Assembly: GCA_965221695.1 (NCBI GenBank)
Contig: OZ244905.1
Location: 3,392,001 to 3,456,000 of the forward strand
Direction: 5' to 3'
DNA from: Gammaproteobacteria bacterium
Lineage (GTDB): Bacteria; Pseudomonadota; Gammaproteobacteria; Eutrophobiales; Eutrophobiaceae
DNA: 64,000 nucleotides
Below the pieces are notes generated by a model, which was not told the DNA's origin, did no database searches, and saw nothing but the letters and a program-made list of their open reading frames with translations. The translations under genes and the position numbers were made by a program. Shown here piece by piece: positions 1-9,879 of this stretch (position 1 is the first letter of the stretch; every line of letters begins with the position of its first letter).

Positions 1-134
1 TGAACACCACCGAAACCACAGCCAATCGAATCAAGCAACCAGAACTTCGCTTTTCTGACAACCTCATCAGGCAAATCCGAAAACGATGTCTTAGTTATGT
101 AATCAGCAATTATTTTCGTCGCAGAATCTGACAT
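1..134 (-). CDS. MmgE/PrpD family protein, N-terminal part (runs off the window start)
   Basis: Not in the ORF track. Manual translation from ATG at 134 (AGGAG RBS upstream) gives MSDSATKIIADYITKTSFSDLPDEVVRKAKFWLLDSIGCGFGG, the typical 'DLP.EV...AK..LLD.IG' start of MmgE/PrpD proteins. Confidence 0.8.
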   Translation of the reverse strand, partial: MSDSATKIIADYITKTSFSDLPDEVVRKAKFWLLDSIGCGFGGV

Positions 135-141
135 TCTCCTG

Positions 142-1254
142 CTACTCGGTTGATACGGGTGGTTTGCCCAGAAATATTTTATAGGTGGCGATAAACAGCA
201 CCGGTAATACAAATACAAACAGGAAACCCCAGGCTATTGTGCCATAACCCTTGGCAATTAAAGTTATTATGCCTATTTGACCGAATAGCGAGCTTATCAA
301 CAACCCGCTGATTGCCACACCGGAATGTACACCGGGTGGCAAAACTCTTCCAAGCCTCTCCATCGACCAGCTGTCCAGCCGCTCATTAAGCGCCTGGATA
401 AAACCGGAACCCGTGCCTAAAAAGGTTCCCAGCATTGCCAGCAGATAAATCGATAACAGCAGTCCATTATCCAATCTGTTAATCATCCAGTGAACGGGTA
501 CTTTTTGCGTTGTAATTTCCGGCAACGCACCCAGAAACGAGATATGAAACAATAGGCCGGGCAACATAAGAAATATCCCGCAAAGCGCGCCGCTTAGCAG
601 CGCCTCTGTCCTGGTCCTGATCCCGCGGGTCGCGAACAGGGTAAAGACAGCCGCCCCGGAGGAGTACAAGGTAAACTTGGATGCTGATAACAACCAGTCG
701 GTCTGCGCTGGTGGGGATGATTTTCTCAGTTCGGATGCGATTTGTCCCAAGCTATCAAGAAAAACGACAACGAAATAAAACAAAAACGCGCTGTAAAGGA
801 ACAAGGTGAGAAACACCATAACTTTCTCTACTAACTCGCGGCCGTAAAATATCAACACTGCGACAATACCCAGCATGATAAGCAGTCCGATTTTATCCGG
901 TATGACGGTATGTTCGGCAATCATCGCTCCCGCGGCAGAACCTACGACACCCAACACCAGCAGTAATAGACACAAGTATAATATTTCAAAGACTACCCAG
1001 AACGGACCGATCAATGCCTTAAAAAAAGTCCGATAGTCATAAGCGCTTACCTGGCGGGCAAATTCAAAGGTCAAGGCAGTGAGAATCGCGATACCAATCG
1101 CCGATAGTGCCAGACCATATATTCCGCCGTAGACCCCGTGCCGCGTATAAAATTCCACCACTTCCCTGCCCGTGCCGTAACCTCCGGCTATGGAAAGGGA
1201 AAGGTAAACTCCTACCGGGATGACATAGGCTTGGACCAACCGTGAATGAAACAT
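142..1254 (-). CDS. YkvI-like multi-pass membrane protein (putative transporter)
   Basis: 370 aa, about 10 hydrophobic segments, N-terminal 'IAGGYGTGREVVEFY' motif. Confidence 0.7.
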   Translation of the reverse strand: MFHSRLVQAYVIPVGVYLSLSIAGGYGTGREVVEFYTRHGVYGGIYGLALSAIGIAILTALTFEFARQVSAYDYRTFFKALIGPFWVVFEILYLCLLLLVLGVVGSAAGAMIAEHTVIPDKIGLLIMLGIVAVLIFYGRELVEKVMVFLTLFLYSAFLFYFVVVFLDSLGQIASELRKSSPPAQTDWLLSASKFTLYSSGAAVFTLFATRGIRTRTEALLSGALCGIFLMLPGLLFHISFLGALPEITTQKVPVHWMINRLDNGLLLSIYLLAMLGTFLGTGSGFIQALNERLDSWSMERLGRVLPPGVHSGVAISGLLISSLFGQIGIITLIAKGYGTIAWGFLFVFVLPVLFIATYKIFLGKPPVSTE

Positions 1255-1344
1255 AAGTTGATTTCAGCTTGAATTTAAATCTTTGTTTCTCGTAACAGGC
1301 TAACTGGTCTGTGTTGCAGCAACTCGAAAAGAAGCCGATTACTG

Positions 1345-1950
1345 CTAATCCAATAATTGGAATTCTGCTTCCTTTACAATGTTATCCGGATGACAACCCA
1401 TGATGTCCTGCGGACAGGCAGAAAACGCCATGTAACAATCGAACAAGGCTTCCATCACAACATAGTCACCTGGTTTTGAGACGGATTCCTGAACAGCGAT
1501 ATTAAACTTCCTGTCATCCAAAACAAAGTTCATGAACAGATTAAAGGAGCCACCGATTTTAATTGGACAATTCACACCTATGAGGGCTAATCCTTCAATC
1601 ATATTATCCTGGCAATTGCGATGGTAGCCCTTACAGCCAAGGTTTTCGTAACGCTCACGATCACAGGCCGGCATCAAAGTATCGTGTATTCCAGGTGATA
1701 TATCTTCCACAAACTTGACTATCGGTCTCCTTTTGTTGGTTAACAGGATGTCTCCCTGAATGGGCCAGAGGTGCGCACTGAGTGCACGGCTACAAGCTAC
1801 ATCCATGAATTCATATAGGTCATAGGCATTGAGTGCCCAGTAGTCGATGGCCTGGGTACCGTGTGTATTGATCACTTTTACTTTTTGTCCCATCTCCACA
1901 CGCACGGCACGGCCATGACCGGCCGGAATAATTGTAGTTATTTCATCCAT
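1345..1950 (-). CDS. Urea carboxylase-associated family protein (DUF1989/YcgI-like)
   Basis: Motifs 'GTQAIDYWA', 'HDTLMPACD', 'NCQDN', 'FNLFMN', 'SACPQD'. Confidence 0.85.
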   Translation of the reverse strand: MDEITTIIPAGHGRAVRVEMGQKVKVINTHGTQAIDYWALNAYDLYEFMDVACSRALSAHLWPIQGDILLTNKRRPIVKFVEDISPGIHDTLMPACDRERYENLGCKGYHRNCQDNMIEGLALIGVNCPIKIGGSFNLFMNFVLDDRKFNIAVQESVSKPGDYVVMEALFDCYMAFSACPQDIMGCHPDNIVKEAEFQLLD

Positions 1951-1965
1951 TTGTAAAAAACTAAT

Positions 1966-4185
1966 CTAATATCTCGCAGAAAAACTCACACCTGCTGTTC
2001 GCTGTTTATTGGCCATAAGCTGATTCGCCGCAGCGATGCTGAAACCTTCTACAATGTAAAGTTTGTCTGTGAAATTATGTACATAACCGGCAATTTCAAA
2101 GCGATCAGAGGGGCCGCCACGCCAGGCTACTCGAGCATTCCAGATAGTATAGTCCCCGCCGATAGCGGTGATATTATTGTCAGAATCATAAAAATAGTCG
2201 TCGGAATAATTAAATGACACTTGTGCGGAAGCCTGACCGCCAAACACAGGATGAAAAACACGCATCAGGCCGTTTGCAGTCCACTCCGGAGAGAAAACCA
2301 GTTGTGTTCCGGACAGATCGACCATTATTGTACCGCCCATGCCATCCGCCTCAGTGCTGAAAAAGTCAGACGTCTCCGTATCCAGGTATCCCACACCAAA
2401 TTGTGCTTCAAAAAAGTTCAGCGGCTGCATAAATAATTCCATTTCAAAACCTGCTATTTCAGCGTTACCTGCATTTTGCAAGCGGCTGACAGGCAGGCCG
2501 TCAATATCGGCCTGGGTAAAGGCCTGAAAATCCTCATAGTCATAATAAAATCCGGTAGCGTTTACGCGTAATCGCCCGCCCAGCAAGGTGGTTTTAAACC
2601 CAGCCTCAAATGTGGTCACTTTCTCGTCATCATAAGGGGCAAGTTGGGAGACCTCTGCGACCAGACCGCCGCTGTTCCATCCACCACTCTTGAAGCCGCG
2701 AGCAATATTTGCGAATAACAGAGTATTCTCATTTAACCGCCAATCCAGACCTGCATTCCAGGAGACGTTATCGGTCTCGAAGCTATCTTCGAATACAAAT
2801 GAGGGAGCCGGGAAAAACAATAATCCGGTATTAACGGTATCGTGAAGAGTTTTGTCTTCGGTGGTATATCGAATCCCCAGCTCTATAGTCCAATCCGGGA
2901 CAAAGCTCCAGTCAGCATGAGCAAAAACCGCCAGTGCTTCCGTGTCCTGGTCATGAAATATATCGTAGTTTAACGGAAAAGCACCAGGGTTAAACGGGGG
3001 TTCGAGTGAGTTACCTCCCAGCTTTTCATCAGTGAAATAATAGAAGCCGAGCAACGCTTTCAAATCATCTGTGGTATAAGATAAGCGAATTTCCTGGGTA
3101 ACCTGGGTTGCGTCTACCCTGAATATAGGATGTAAAATAAGTGGTAAAAAAGAACCGGTTGTATCCTGGTGGTATTTGTCGACGGTTTCGGCCGCTGTAA
3201 TTGACACCACGCCCCATTCATCCCGCTGCCATTCAAATTTTGCAGACCCACCGATGATATCAATATCCAGTGGTGTTTTCCCGCGCCCCTGAGTAAAGGG
3301 TTCATCCAGGTTTGGGTTAGCGTCCTGCTGGCCAAAAGCATTCACGCAAGTAAATGACTCCAACTGTTCCAGGTTGCAGAGTGCTAAAGTCACAGGGTCC
3401 AGTTGTCCGCGAAACTTGTAAAGTTGCGCATCATTTCGAATAAATCCCGCATGAAAATTCAGTAATACGCTGAGTTCATTAGTCATATCAAGTTCCAGCT
3501 GAGCGCGTACTGCATCCATGTTCCTTGCGTTGCCTTTTACACCACTTCCGGGGTCACGTTCCTGCAATCCGTCATTCTCATCATGAATAACGGAGAGGCG
3601 TCCTCTGACACGGTCACCCAATGGCCCACTGACAGCGCCTTCAAACTTTATGCGCTCATGAGTACCTACTGTAACCTCGCCAAAGGCTTCGAGATCTTCA
3701 GTTGGTTTATTGGTCACAAAGTGGGCAAGACCTCCCGTGGTATTGCGCCCATACAACGTACCCTGGGGACCACGCAAGACTTCCACACGCTGCAGGTCAA
3801 AAAGAGAGACTGTCTGGCCCGCAAGCGAACCCAGATATACTTCATCAATATATACGGCTACCGGACCTTCATTGGAATCGGCAAAATCATTCAAACCTAC
3901 TCCACGAATAGACAAGGCGGGGTTGCTGCCATCGCCGGAGGGATGAGCAAAATTAAAATTTGGTACCTGACTGGTAATATCGCCAACAGTATCAAGGCCC
4001 AATTCACGGATCTGAAGGCCGCTGATCGCGGTCACCGACCCGCCGACATCTTGAACGTCCTGTTCGCGCTTGGTTGCAGTAACTACGATTTCTTCCAATA
4101 TACCCTGGGCATTAGCAGGCAGGAACGAGCTCAAAAGAAACAGCCCCAGAATAACTCTCAGAATAATTATAACTGGATAGTTCAT
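1966..4185 (-). CDS. TonB-dependent receptor
   Basis: Signal peptide, TonB box 'LEEIVVTATKR', plug motif 'RVEVLRGPQGTLYGRN', aromatic C-terminal residue; start placed at ATG 4185. Confidence 0.93.
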   Translation of the reverse strand: MNYPVIIILRVILGLFLLSSFLPANAQGILEEIVVTATKREQDVQDVGGSVTAISGLQIRELGLDTVGDITSQVPNFNFAHPSGDGSNPALSIRGVGLNDFADSNEGPVAVYIDEVYLGSLAGQTVSLFDLQRVEVLRGPQGTLYGRNTTGGLAHFVTNKPTEDLEAFGEVTVGTHERIKFEGAVSGPLGDRVRGRLSVIHDENDGLQERDPGSGVKGNARNMDAVRAQLELDMTNELSVLLNFHAGFIRNDAQLYKFRGQLDPVTLALCNLEQLESFTCVNAFGQQDANPNLDEPFTQGRGKTPLDIDIIGGSAKFEWQRDEWGVVSITAAETVDKYHQDTTGSFLPLILHPIFRVDATQVTQEIRLSYTTDDLKALLGFYYFTDEKLGGNSLEPPFNPGAFPLNYDIFHDQDTEALAVFAHADWSFVPDWTIELGIRYTTEDKTLHDTVNTGLLFFPAPSFVFEDSFETDNVSWNAGLDWRLNENTLLFANIARGFKSGGWNSGGLVAEVSQLAPYDDEKVTTFEAGFKTTLLGGRLRVNATGFYYDYEDFQAFTQADIDGLPVSRLQNAGNAEIAGFEMELFMQPLNFFEAQFGVGYLDTETSDFFSTEADGMGGTIMVDLSGTQLVFSPEWTANGLMRVFHPVFGGQASAQVSFNYSDDYFYDSDNNITAIGGDYTIWNARVAWRGGPSDRFEIAGYVHNFTDKLYIVEGFSIAAANQLMANKQRTAGVSFSARY

Positions 4186-4276
4186 GGTTACCCCCAAAAT
4201 AAATCAATAAAATAGTAGCTAATTACCGCGTTATGTCCTTATTAATCCGTTTCGCACAGACCATATCTGAACTTTG

Positions 4277-4302
4277 TATATTACCCTACATAGGGTAGTA
4301 TA
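4277..4302. promoter_or_regulatory. Near-perfect palindrome in the divergent TBDR/MFS promoter region; candidate TetR operator
   Basis: TATATTACCCTA-CA-TAGGGTAGTATA, 12-bp arms with one mismatch. Confidence 0.6.
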
Positions 4303-4334
4303 GACAGAATTTAACACGGAGTAAATTCTTATTG

Positions 4335-5711
4335 ATGAATGCGCCAAATCATAATGAGAAGAAAGTATCGCCTCCCTATGTAGGCTTCGGGATTGCTGGG
4401 CTGGGAACAGGCCTGGTCGTCCAGGTACCTATTCTTTTCCTGCTCGTGTATATGACGGATATACTGGCCATTCCGGCTGCGCTGGCAGGTCTAGCCTTGT
4501 TCGGGACGCGCGTATTTGACATCATCACGGACCCTATTATGGGTGTCATCAGTGATCGTACACATACCCGCTGGGGCCGTCGGCGTCCTTACCTGCTATT
4601 GGGGGGAGTAACGGTAGCAGTTTCCCTTTTCTTTCTGTTCTCTGCGCCCCTATATGAATCCATGTATGCGCGCCTCACCTATGTCATGGGCCTGTTTATC
4701 ATTGTTCAAACCGGTGTCACGATATTCATGGTGCCCTACTACGCCATGCCCGCAGAGATGACGGATGATAATTATCAGCGCACCAAACTTATGTCCACAC
4801 GCGCCTTTTTTTCCCTTGCAGGCGGACTGATTGGTGGTGTGCTTGCTCCATGGATTGTGATTAACGCAGGTGGCGGAGAGAGAGGCTATGAATTAATGTC
4901 ATCTGTTGTCGCCGTAATCTGCGGGTGCGCTTTTATCGCGGCTTTTTTTGGCACGGCCAGGGCGCAATTTGGCGGCCGAGATGTTCACACCATCCCCGTC
5001 AAACAGCAAATCGAAGTAGCACTGAACAATCGTCCTTTCAATATATTTATGGTAAGTTTTGTCATCTATGTAACAGGAATGGGGTGCTTCTCAGGAACTG
5101 TACCGTATTTTGCACGGTATATGCTGGAACTTCCCGAGGCTCTTTCCGTTATCTGGGTTTGTATTCTCGTACCTGCAATTCTCTCCATTCCGCTATGGAC
5201 AATGATCACCAGAACGATTGAGAAAAAAAACTGCTTCATCACAGCTCTTGGAATGATGGCAACAGGTTCTTTGTGTCTGTTCCTGGTAGATACTCAATTT
5301 CCCCTCCCCCAGGTCTGGTCTTTCTGTGTGATCTTCGGTCTGGGATTTGGTGGTACACAAGTCATCGCCTGGTCAATATTACCGGATGTTATCCAGTGGG
5401 ATCGATGGGCCTCCGGTATGGAACGGGGAGGAATTTTTTCGGGGGGTATGATAGCCTTTGAAAAGACAGGCTTTGCCCTGGGCAGCCTGACCGCCGGCGC
5501 TATCCTGAGCATCTTCTGTTATCTGGAATCCACTGGTGAAGAAATAGTGGAGCAGACATCAGGCGCCCTGATGGGTATCAGAATTGCGGCCAACGTTGTC
5601 CCGGCCGTACTCTTCTCCATAGCTGCCTTAATCATGCTGGCCTATCCGTTGACAGATCACATGAAGACATCAAAGGCAGATGCCAGAGCAGACAGTAACC
5701 TTACAGCCTAA
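4335..5711 (+). CDS. MFS transporter, glycoside-pentoside-hexuronide (GPH/MelB) family
   Basis: 'DIITDPIMGVISDRTHTRWGRRRPY' GPH signature; about 12 TM segments. Confidence 0.88.
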   Translation: MNAPNHNEKKVSPPYVGFGIAGLGTGLVVQVPILFLLVYMTDILAIPAALAGLALFGTRVFDIITDPIMGVISDRTHTRWGRRRPYLLLGGVTVAVSLFFLFSAPLYESMYARLTYVMGLFIIVQTGVTIFMVPYYAMPAEMTDDNYQRTKLMSTRAFFSLAGGLIGGVLAPWIVINAGGGERGYELMSSVVAVICGCAFIAAFFGTARAQFGGRDVHTIPVKQQIEVALNNRPFNIFMVSFVIYVTGMGCFSGTVPYFARYMLELPEALSVIWVCILVPAILSIPLWTMITRTIEKKNCFITALGMMATGSLCLFLVDTQFPLPQVWSFCVIFGLGFGGTQVIAWSILPDVIQWDRWASGMERGGIFSGGMIAFEKTGFALGSLTAGAILSIFCYLESTGEEIVEQTSGALMGIRIAANVVPAVLFSIAALIMLAYPLTDHMKTSKADARADSNLTA

Positions 5712-5737
5712 TAGAAAGCGATGGAGAACAACCGAAC

Positions 5738-6712
5738 ATGCGCGCAATTGTCGTAAATCAGCCCGGTGATGTATCACAACTGGAATTAACCCGGATACCG
5801 GAACCTGAGGCCGGGCCCCGTGAAGTTCTGATCGATGTCCGCTATGCCAGTTGTAACTGGATGGATACGGAGAAACGCAGGGGGGTATATCCCGACAAGT
5901 CCCTGGCCTACCCGATGGTATTAGGTAACGAGGTCTGCGGGACCATCAGCATATGTGGTACAAATGTGGAGGGACTTACTGAAGGTCAACGCGTTGCAGC
6001 AATCCTGCCAAGCGGCGGATACGCCGAAAAATGTGTTACGTATACTGATTTGGTCATACCGCTTCCGGAATCGATCCCCGATACTCTGGGCGCTGCTTTT
6101 CCAATCGTTTCTATAACTGCTTATCACTTGCTGAATTCTGCGTATGCTTTAAAAGAAGGAGAAACGTTGTTGATCCATGCAATAGGTGGTGGCGTGGGGT
6201 TGATGGTTACACAATTAGCCACACAGGCAGGCGCCCGGGTCATCGGTACGGTCAGTTCGGACAGTAAGAGTGAACAGGCGTTGGCTTTGGGGGCTGAGCG
6301 TGTTGTCAATCGAAGTAAGGAAGATTTTGTCGAGGCAGCACTGGATTTCACCAATGGTCGGGGGGTCGACCTGGTTATCGATTCTTTGGGCGGTGAAACC
6401 GGTTATCGCAGTTTGGATGCACTGCGTCACTATGGCCATCTCATTAACATCGGCGAAGCTGAAGGGTGGCCGGTTGAGAACCTGCGGGATAAATTATACG
6501 AGCGTTCAACTTCATTTGCCGGATTTGAAACCATTCATGCCATGCAAAACCCGGCAGTCTGGCGCAGGGGTGTGGAATATGTAACAACTGCCTTTGCCGA
6601 GGGGAAACTAAATCTTCCCATTTCAGCGGTATTCCCCCTGGAGCAGTGTCAGGAGATGCACGAGAAAATGGAAAGCAGAACAGTATCAGGTAAACTGCTG
6701 TTAAGCATGTAA
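5738..6712 (+). CDS. NADPH:quinone oxidoreductase / zeta-crystallin-type MDR protein
   Basis: GroES-like N-terminus, 'HAIGGGVG' nucleotide-binding motif, C-terminal 'GKLLL'. Confidence 0.88.
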   Translation: MRAIVVNQPGDVSQLELTRIPEPEAGPREVLIDVRYASCNWMDTEKRRGVYPDKSLAYPMVLGNEVCGTISICGTNVEGLTEGQRVAAILPSGGYAEKCVTYTDLVIPLPESIPDTLGAAFPIVSITAYHLLNSAYALKEGETLLIHAIGGGVGLMVTQLATQAGARVIGTVSSDSKSEQALALGAERVVNRSKEDFVEAALDFTNGRGVDLVIDSLGGETGYRSLDALRHYGHLINIGEAEGWPVENLRDKLYERSTSFAGFETIHAMQNPAVWRRGVEYVTTAFAEGKLNLPISAVFPLEQCQEMHEKMESRTVSGKLLLSM

Positions 6713-6726
6713 TCTGTGAAAGATCA

Positions 6727-7344
6727 ATGACTATAAGACGGAAGAAAAAAAGACACCTCAAGGCTAGGACCCGCGATCTAATTGTAGATGAAGCGGAGAA
6801 AATGATAGCAAAACGGGGAATAGATGGACTCGTACTGGATGATATTGCCGAAGCGCTGGGTATTCAACGTCCATCGCTCTACACGCATTTCAATGGGAGA
6901 GACGGTATTTTGACTGCCGTCGCGGAACGTGCTTTTATCCAGCTCTCGCATCAGTTCCAGGATGATGAAAACCCGGACCCGGTTGTCACTATAAGTAAGG
7001 GTGTTGACGAACTGGTGAATTTCCTGGTTCAACATAAAGCGTATGCACGATTATTGGCTCGCGATTTTTCCACCCCCGGTGGCTTGCCGGCGGTGAATAC
7101 CGTGTTGGGCTCCCTGGAATCAGTTGTGGTCCCGGCGTTATTGCAACCGCTCTACGACAGGCTCAATAAAATCATTGTGCGCGGTCATAATCAGAGTAGG
7201 TTCGGGAAGGTGGACCCGTTTGTCTTCCTGACAGCCCTGCTGGGGAGCATCATGGCATGTCTGCTGCAACACAGGCAGGAACTGGAGAACCTGAACGAAA
7301 TAATGACCAAGATGGCAATGGGATTACTCTCGGAACAAAAATGA
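6727..7344 (+). CDS. TetR/AcrR family transcriptional regulator
   Basis: N-terminal HTH 'LDDIAEALGIQRPSLYTHF'. Confidence 0.9.
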   Translation: MTIRRKKKRHLKARTRDLIVDEAEKMIAKRGIDGLVLDDIAEALGIQRPSLYTHFNGRDGILTAVAERAFIQLSHQFQDDENPDPVVTISKGVDELVNFLVQHKAYARLLARDFSTPGGLPAVNTVLGSLESVVVPALLQPLYDRLNKIIVRGHNQSRFGKVDPFVFLTALLGSIMACLLQHRQELENLNEIMTKMAMGLLSEQK

Positions 7345-7373
7345 GCGCAGCCGGGTCTGCCTTGTAAAGGTGT

Positions 7374-8618
7374 TCAGCCCACTCCTGCAAGCTCGATCAT
7401 TGAATGCAACAACACATTGGCTCCGGCAGCCACATCAGATGAAGATGCATATTCGGCTTCATTATGACTGATGCCGTTTTTGCAGGGGATAAATATCATC
7501 GCCGTTGGCGCCAGTTCAGCAATACTCATCGCGTCGTGTCCTGCCCCGCTCAACATCCGTTTGTAAGGATACGCCAGGTTTTTCGTAGCCTGTTCAATAA
7601 CGGATACGATATCATGGTCAAATCTTACCGGCTGTTTCTTCAGCAAAATCCTGAATTCAAATCCGAGATCCCTTTTATCAGCTAGTAGGGCAAGCCCTTC
7701 CTTAACGTCAGTCAGCAGTGAATTCAGGACCGCCGTATCAGGATGTCTGCAATCAATCGTAAAATACGCCTGACCGGGTATGGTACTGATGGAATTGGGG
7801 GTGATATCAAGGGCGCCAACCGTCATCTTCACGGAGTCATCCGTGCCCATTGCCAGCAGGTTTAAAAAGACAATCATCTCGGCGGCGCCAAGGCAGGCAT
7901 CCCGGCGCATATCAAGTTTGACCGTGCCGGCGTGGCCGTCTTCGCCGGTAAGTGTCACTTCAGCGGCAAAAGCGCCCTGGACACAATCCACGACTCCGAT
8001 CGTTTTTTCCTCATGTTCCAGGATCGGGCCTTGTTCAATGTGCGCTTCTATAAATGCATCAAACTTCCGTGTTCCCGCTATTTCACTGCCGTAATAACCT
8101 ATGCTCCTGAGATCATCAATTACCCTTGTTCCATCTTTGGTCATGGTCTGGTGTACATCTGCTGTTTTCAATTTCCCGGCAAACACCTGTGAACCTGTCA
8201 ACGGAGGTGAAAAACGGGCCGCTTCCTCATTGGTCCATACAATGACATCGATCGGTTTTTGAGTCTTGATATTGTGGTCGTTCAGTGACCGAACGACTTC
8301 CAGGCCTGCGAGCACACCATAAATTCCGTCGAACTTGCCTCCATGGGGCTGGGTATCGAGGTGACTGCCGGTTGCAACCGTAGGCGCATCGGGCTCCTGT
8401 CCGTTGCGTCTGGCATATATATTTCCGACTTCGTCGACCGACACTGTACATCCGGCTTCTGTTGCCCACTTGACAAACAGGTCTCGCCCCTTCTGGTCTT
8501 CCTTACTCAGAGCCAACCGGCGGCAGCCACCGTTGGGTAATTCACCATGGCTCCCCATCTCCATGATGCTATCCCACAGCCTGGTTTCATTAGCCGTGAT
8601 GGAATTGAATCTGGACAC
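7374..8618 (-). CDS. M20 Zn-dependent amidohydrolase (beta-ureidopropionase / N-carbamoyl-amino acid hydrolase family)
   Basis: 'GSHLDTQPHGGKFDG', 'NEEAARF', 'EAHIEQGP', 'SGAGHDA', 'GISHNEAE'. Confidence 0.9.
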   Translation of the reverse strand: MSRFNSITANETRLWDSIMEMGSHGELPNGGCRRLALSKEDQKGRDLFVKWATEAGCTVSVDEVGNIYARRNGQEPDAPTVATGSHLDTQPHGGKFDGIYGVLAGLEVVRSLNDHNIKTQKPIDVIVWTNEEAARFSPPLTGSQVFAGKLKTADVHQTMTKDGTRVIDDLRSIGYYGSEIAGTRKFDAFIEAHIEQGPILEHEEKTIGVVDCVQGAFAAEVTLTGEDGHAGTVKLDMRRDACLGAAEMIVFLNLLAMGTDDSVKMTVGALDITPNSISTIPGQAYFTIDCRHPDTAVLNSLLTDVKEGLALLADKRDLGFEFRILLKKQPVRFDHDIVSVIEQATKNLAYPYKRMLSGAGHDAMSIAELAPTAMIFIPCKNGISHNEAEYASSSDVAAGANVLLHSMIELAGVG

Positions 8619-8621
8619 GGC

Positions 8622-9602
8622 TCAAAGACGAATTAATGGTTGGTGAGCACAACGAAAAGAGCCACCGCATCGGTATACATGGCCATATGGAAGGCGAACC
8701 ACTTCAAAATTACGTTTTTTAAGTTCTTTCTCCATTAAATCATGCTCCTCTTCGGCAGGAACAATTACGGTGTGATCATCAATAACCAGATGATTTGTAC
8801 CCAGGGCATTGTTACAATATTCCTTGCTGACATCTATGATGTCCCAATCTTTAATATACTCAGGCACACCATCAGGAAAAGCCTCGGTGCAGGCAATGGC
8901 AACTCCCTCACGGGGAAGGCAAAGCACACAATCGAGGTGTTGAAAACAGGATGGATCCACACCAACCGTTACCACACTGTACTCCTCACCCAGCATATGT
9001 TGTAGCCAGCGTGCGCCTTCCTGGTTGCTGCAATGCCCCGAGTGGCCGACGAGGATCTTTTTATCTAGGACAAACACATCACCGCCTTCCAGGTAACCCC
9101 ATCCGGGCGCATCCACACTTTGATCGGCGCCGCAGTCAGGCTGGGCAAAATACCTGGCGCCGCGTTCCATCGCCTGCACGAGAATGTGCCGTGTGGCAAA
9201 CCGCTGGCGGCGGTGAAACATCGTACGGGGCGCCAGTTCGATGACATTGCTGCCTATGGTCACGAAGCCGTCACGGTGCCAACCCGTTGGCGACCCCCAG
9301 TTATCGCCGTCCGGAAATTTGCGGTTCGCTTCACCGATTAATGCGCCGCGATGAACCTTTATTCCGGATTTTTCCAGAAAACTGACTACCCCTTCGATTT
9401 GCGCCTTCCAATTCCTGAAATAATCAGGATTGACTTCCTCAAGACTTAGCCCCGGGTTAGATTGCCACATCTGCCTGAATTCGCCAACCGGGCGTAGATC
9501 CGAATCCACGTTCCATTTGGGAAAGATAAATTCGTGCGATGAACCATAAATACATTCCTTCAGTTCACCCCATTCGGCGCGTACGTATATTTTGTCAGGC
9601 AT
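8622..9602 (-). CDS. Amidinotransferase / arginine deiminase (pentein) superfamily enzyme
   Basis: 'EWGELKE' start, 'RD', 'LEGGD', 'HLD' and C-terminal 'GGSFRC' with the catalytic Cys. Confidence 0.85.
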   Translation of the reverse strand: MPDKIYVRAEWGELKECIYGSSHEFIFPKWNVDSDLRPVGEFRQMWQSNPGLSLEEVNPDYFRNWKAQIEGVVSFLEKSGIKVHRGALIGEANRKFPDGDNWGSPTGWHRDGFVTIGSNVIELAPRTMFHRRQRFATRHILVQAMERGARYFAQPDCGADQSVDAPGWGYLEGGDVFVLDKKILVGHSGHCSNQEGARWLQHMLGEEYSVVTVGVDPSCFQHLDCVLCLPREGVAIACTEAFPDGVPEYIKDWDIIDVSKEYCNNALGTNHLVIDDHTVIVPAEEEHDLMEKELKKRNFEVVRLPYGHVYRCGGSFRCAHQPLIRL

Positions 9603-9687
9603 TACACTTTTTTACTGGTTAATTGATAACAACACATCATCCTATAAATAAATTCAATGAACGTAAGTTGGTATCTTTCGTATCAAT

Positions 9688-9708
9688 TATACTACGCTAC
9701 GTAGTATA
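9688..9708. promoter_or_regulatory. Palindrome upstream of the amidinotransferase operon, related to the 4277-4302 site
   Basis: TATACTAC-GCTAC-GTAGTATA; shares TATAYTACSCTACRTAG and GTAGTATAGA with the 4277 site. Confidence 0.55.
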
Positions 9709-9844
9709 GATGCAAAGTTACACAAAAATATTGTAATTTAAGAAAAACTCCCTGCGATCCCAGGCTGGTGCCGTGGTTTTCCGGCGCAGCGCTTGGCTGA
9801 AATCAAAGACCTCGTGTCTGAGCTTGCCAGCAAGTTAAAACAAG

Positions 9845-9871
9845 GGAAACTCTGATTAAGTCAGAGCTTCC
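9845..9871. mobile_element. Short (27 bp) miniature inverted-repeat element with 4-bp flanking direct repeat
   Basis: CAAG|GGAAACTCTGA-TTAAG-TCAGAGCTTCC|CAAG. Confidence 0.8.
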
Positions 9872-9879
9872 CAAGTTGG

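Noticed and set aside
9603-9750. Guanidine riboswitch upstream of the amidinotransferase or DUF1989 operons
   Set aside because: I could not find paired ACGR-loop hairpins or ykkC-type conserved motifs; the leaders are AT-rich and contain operator-like dyads instead.
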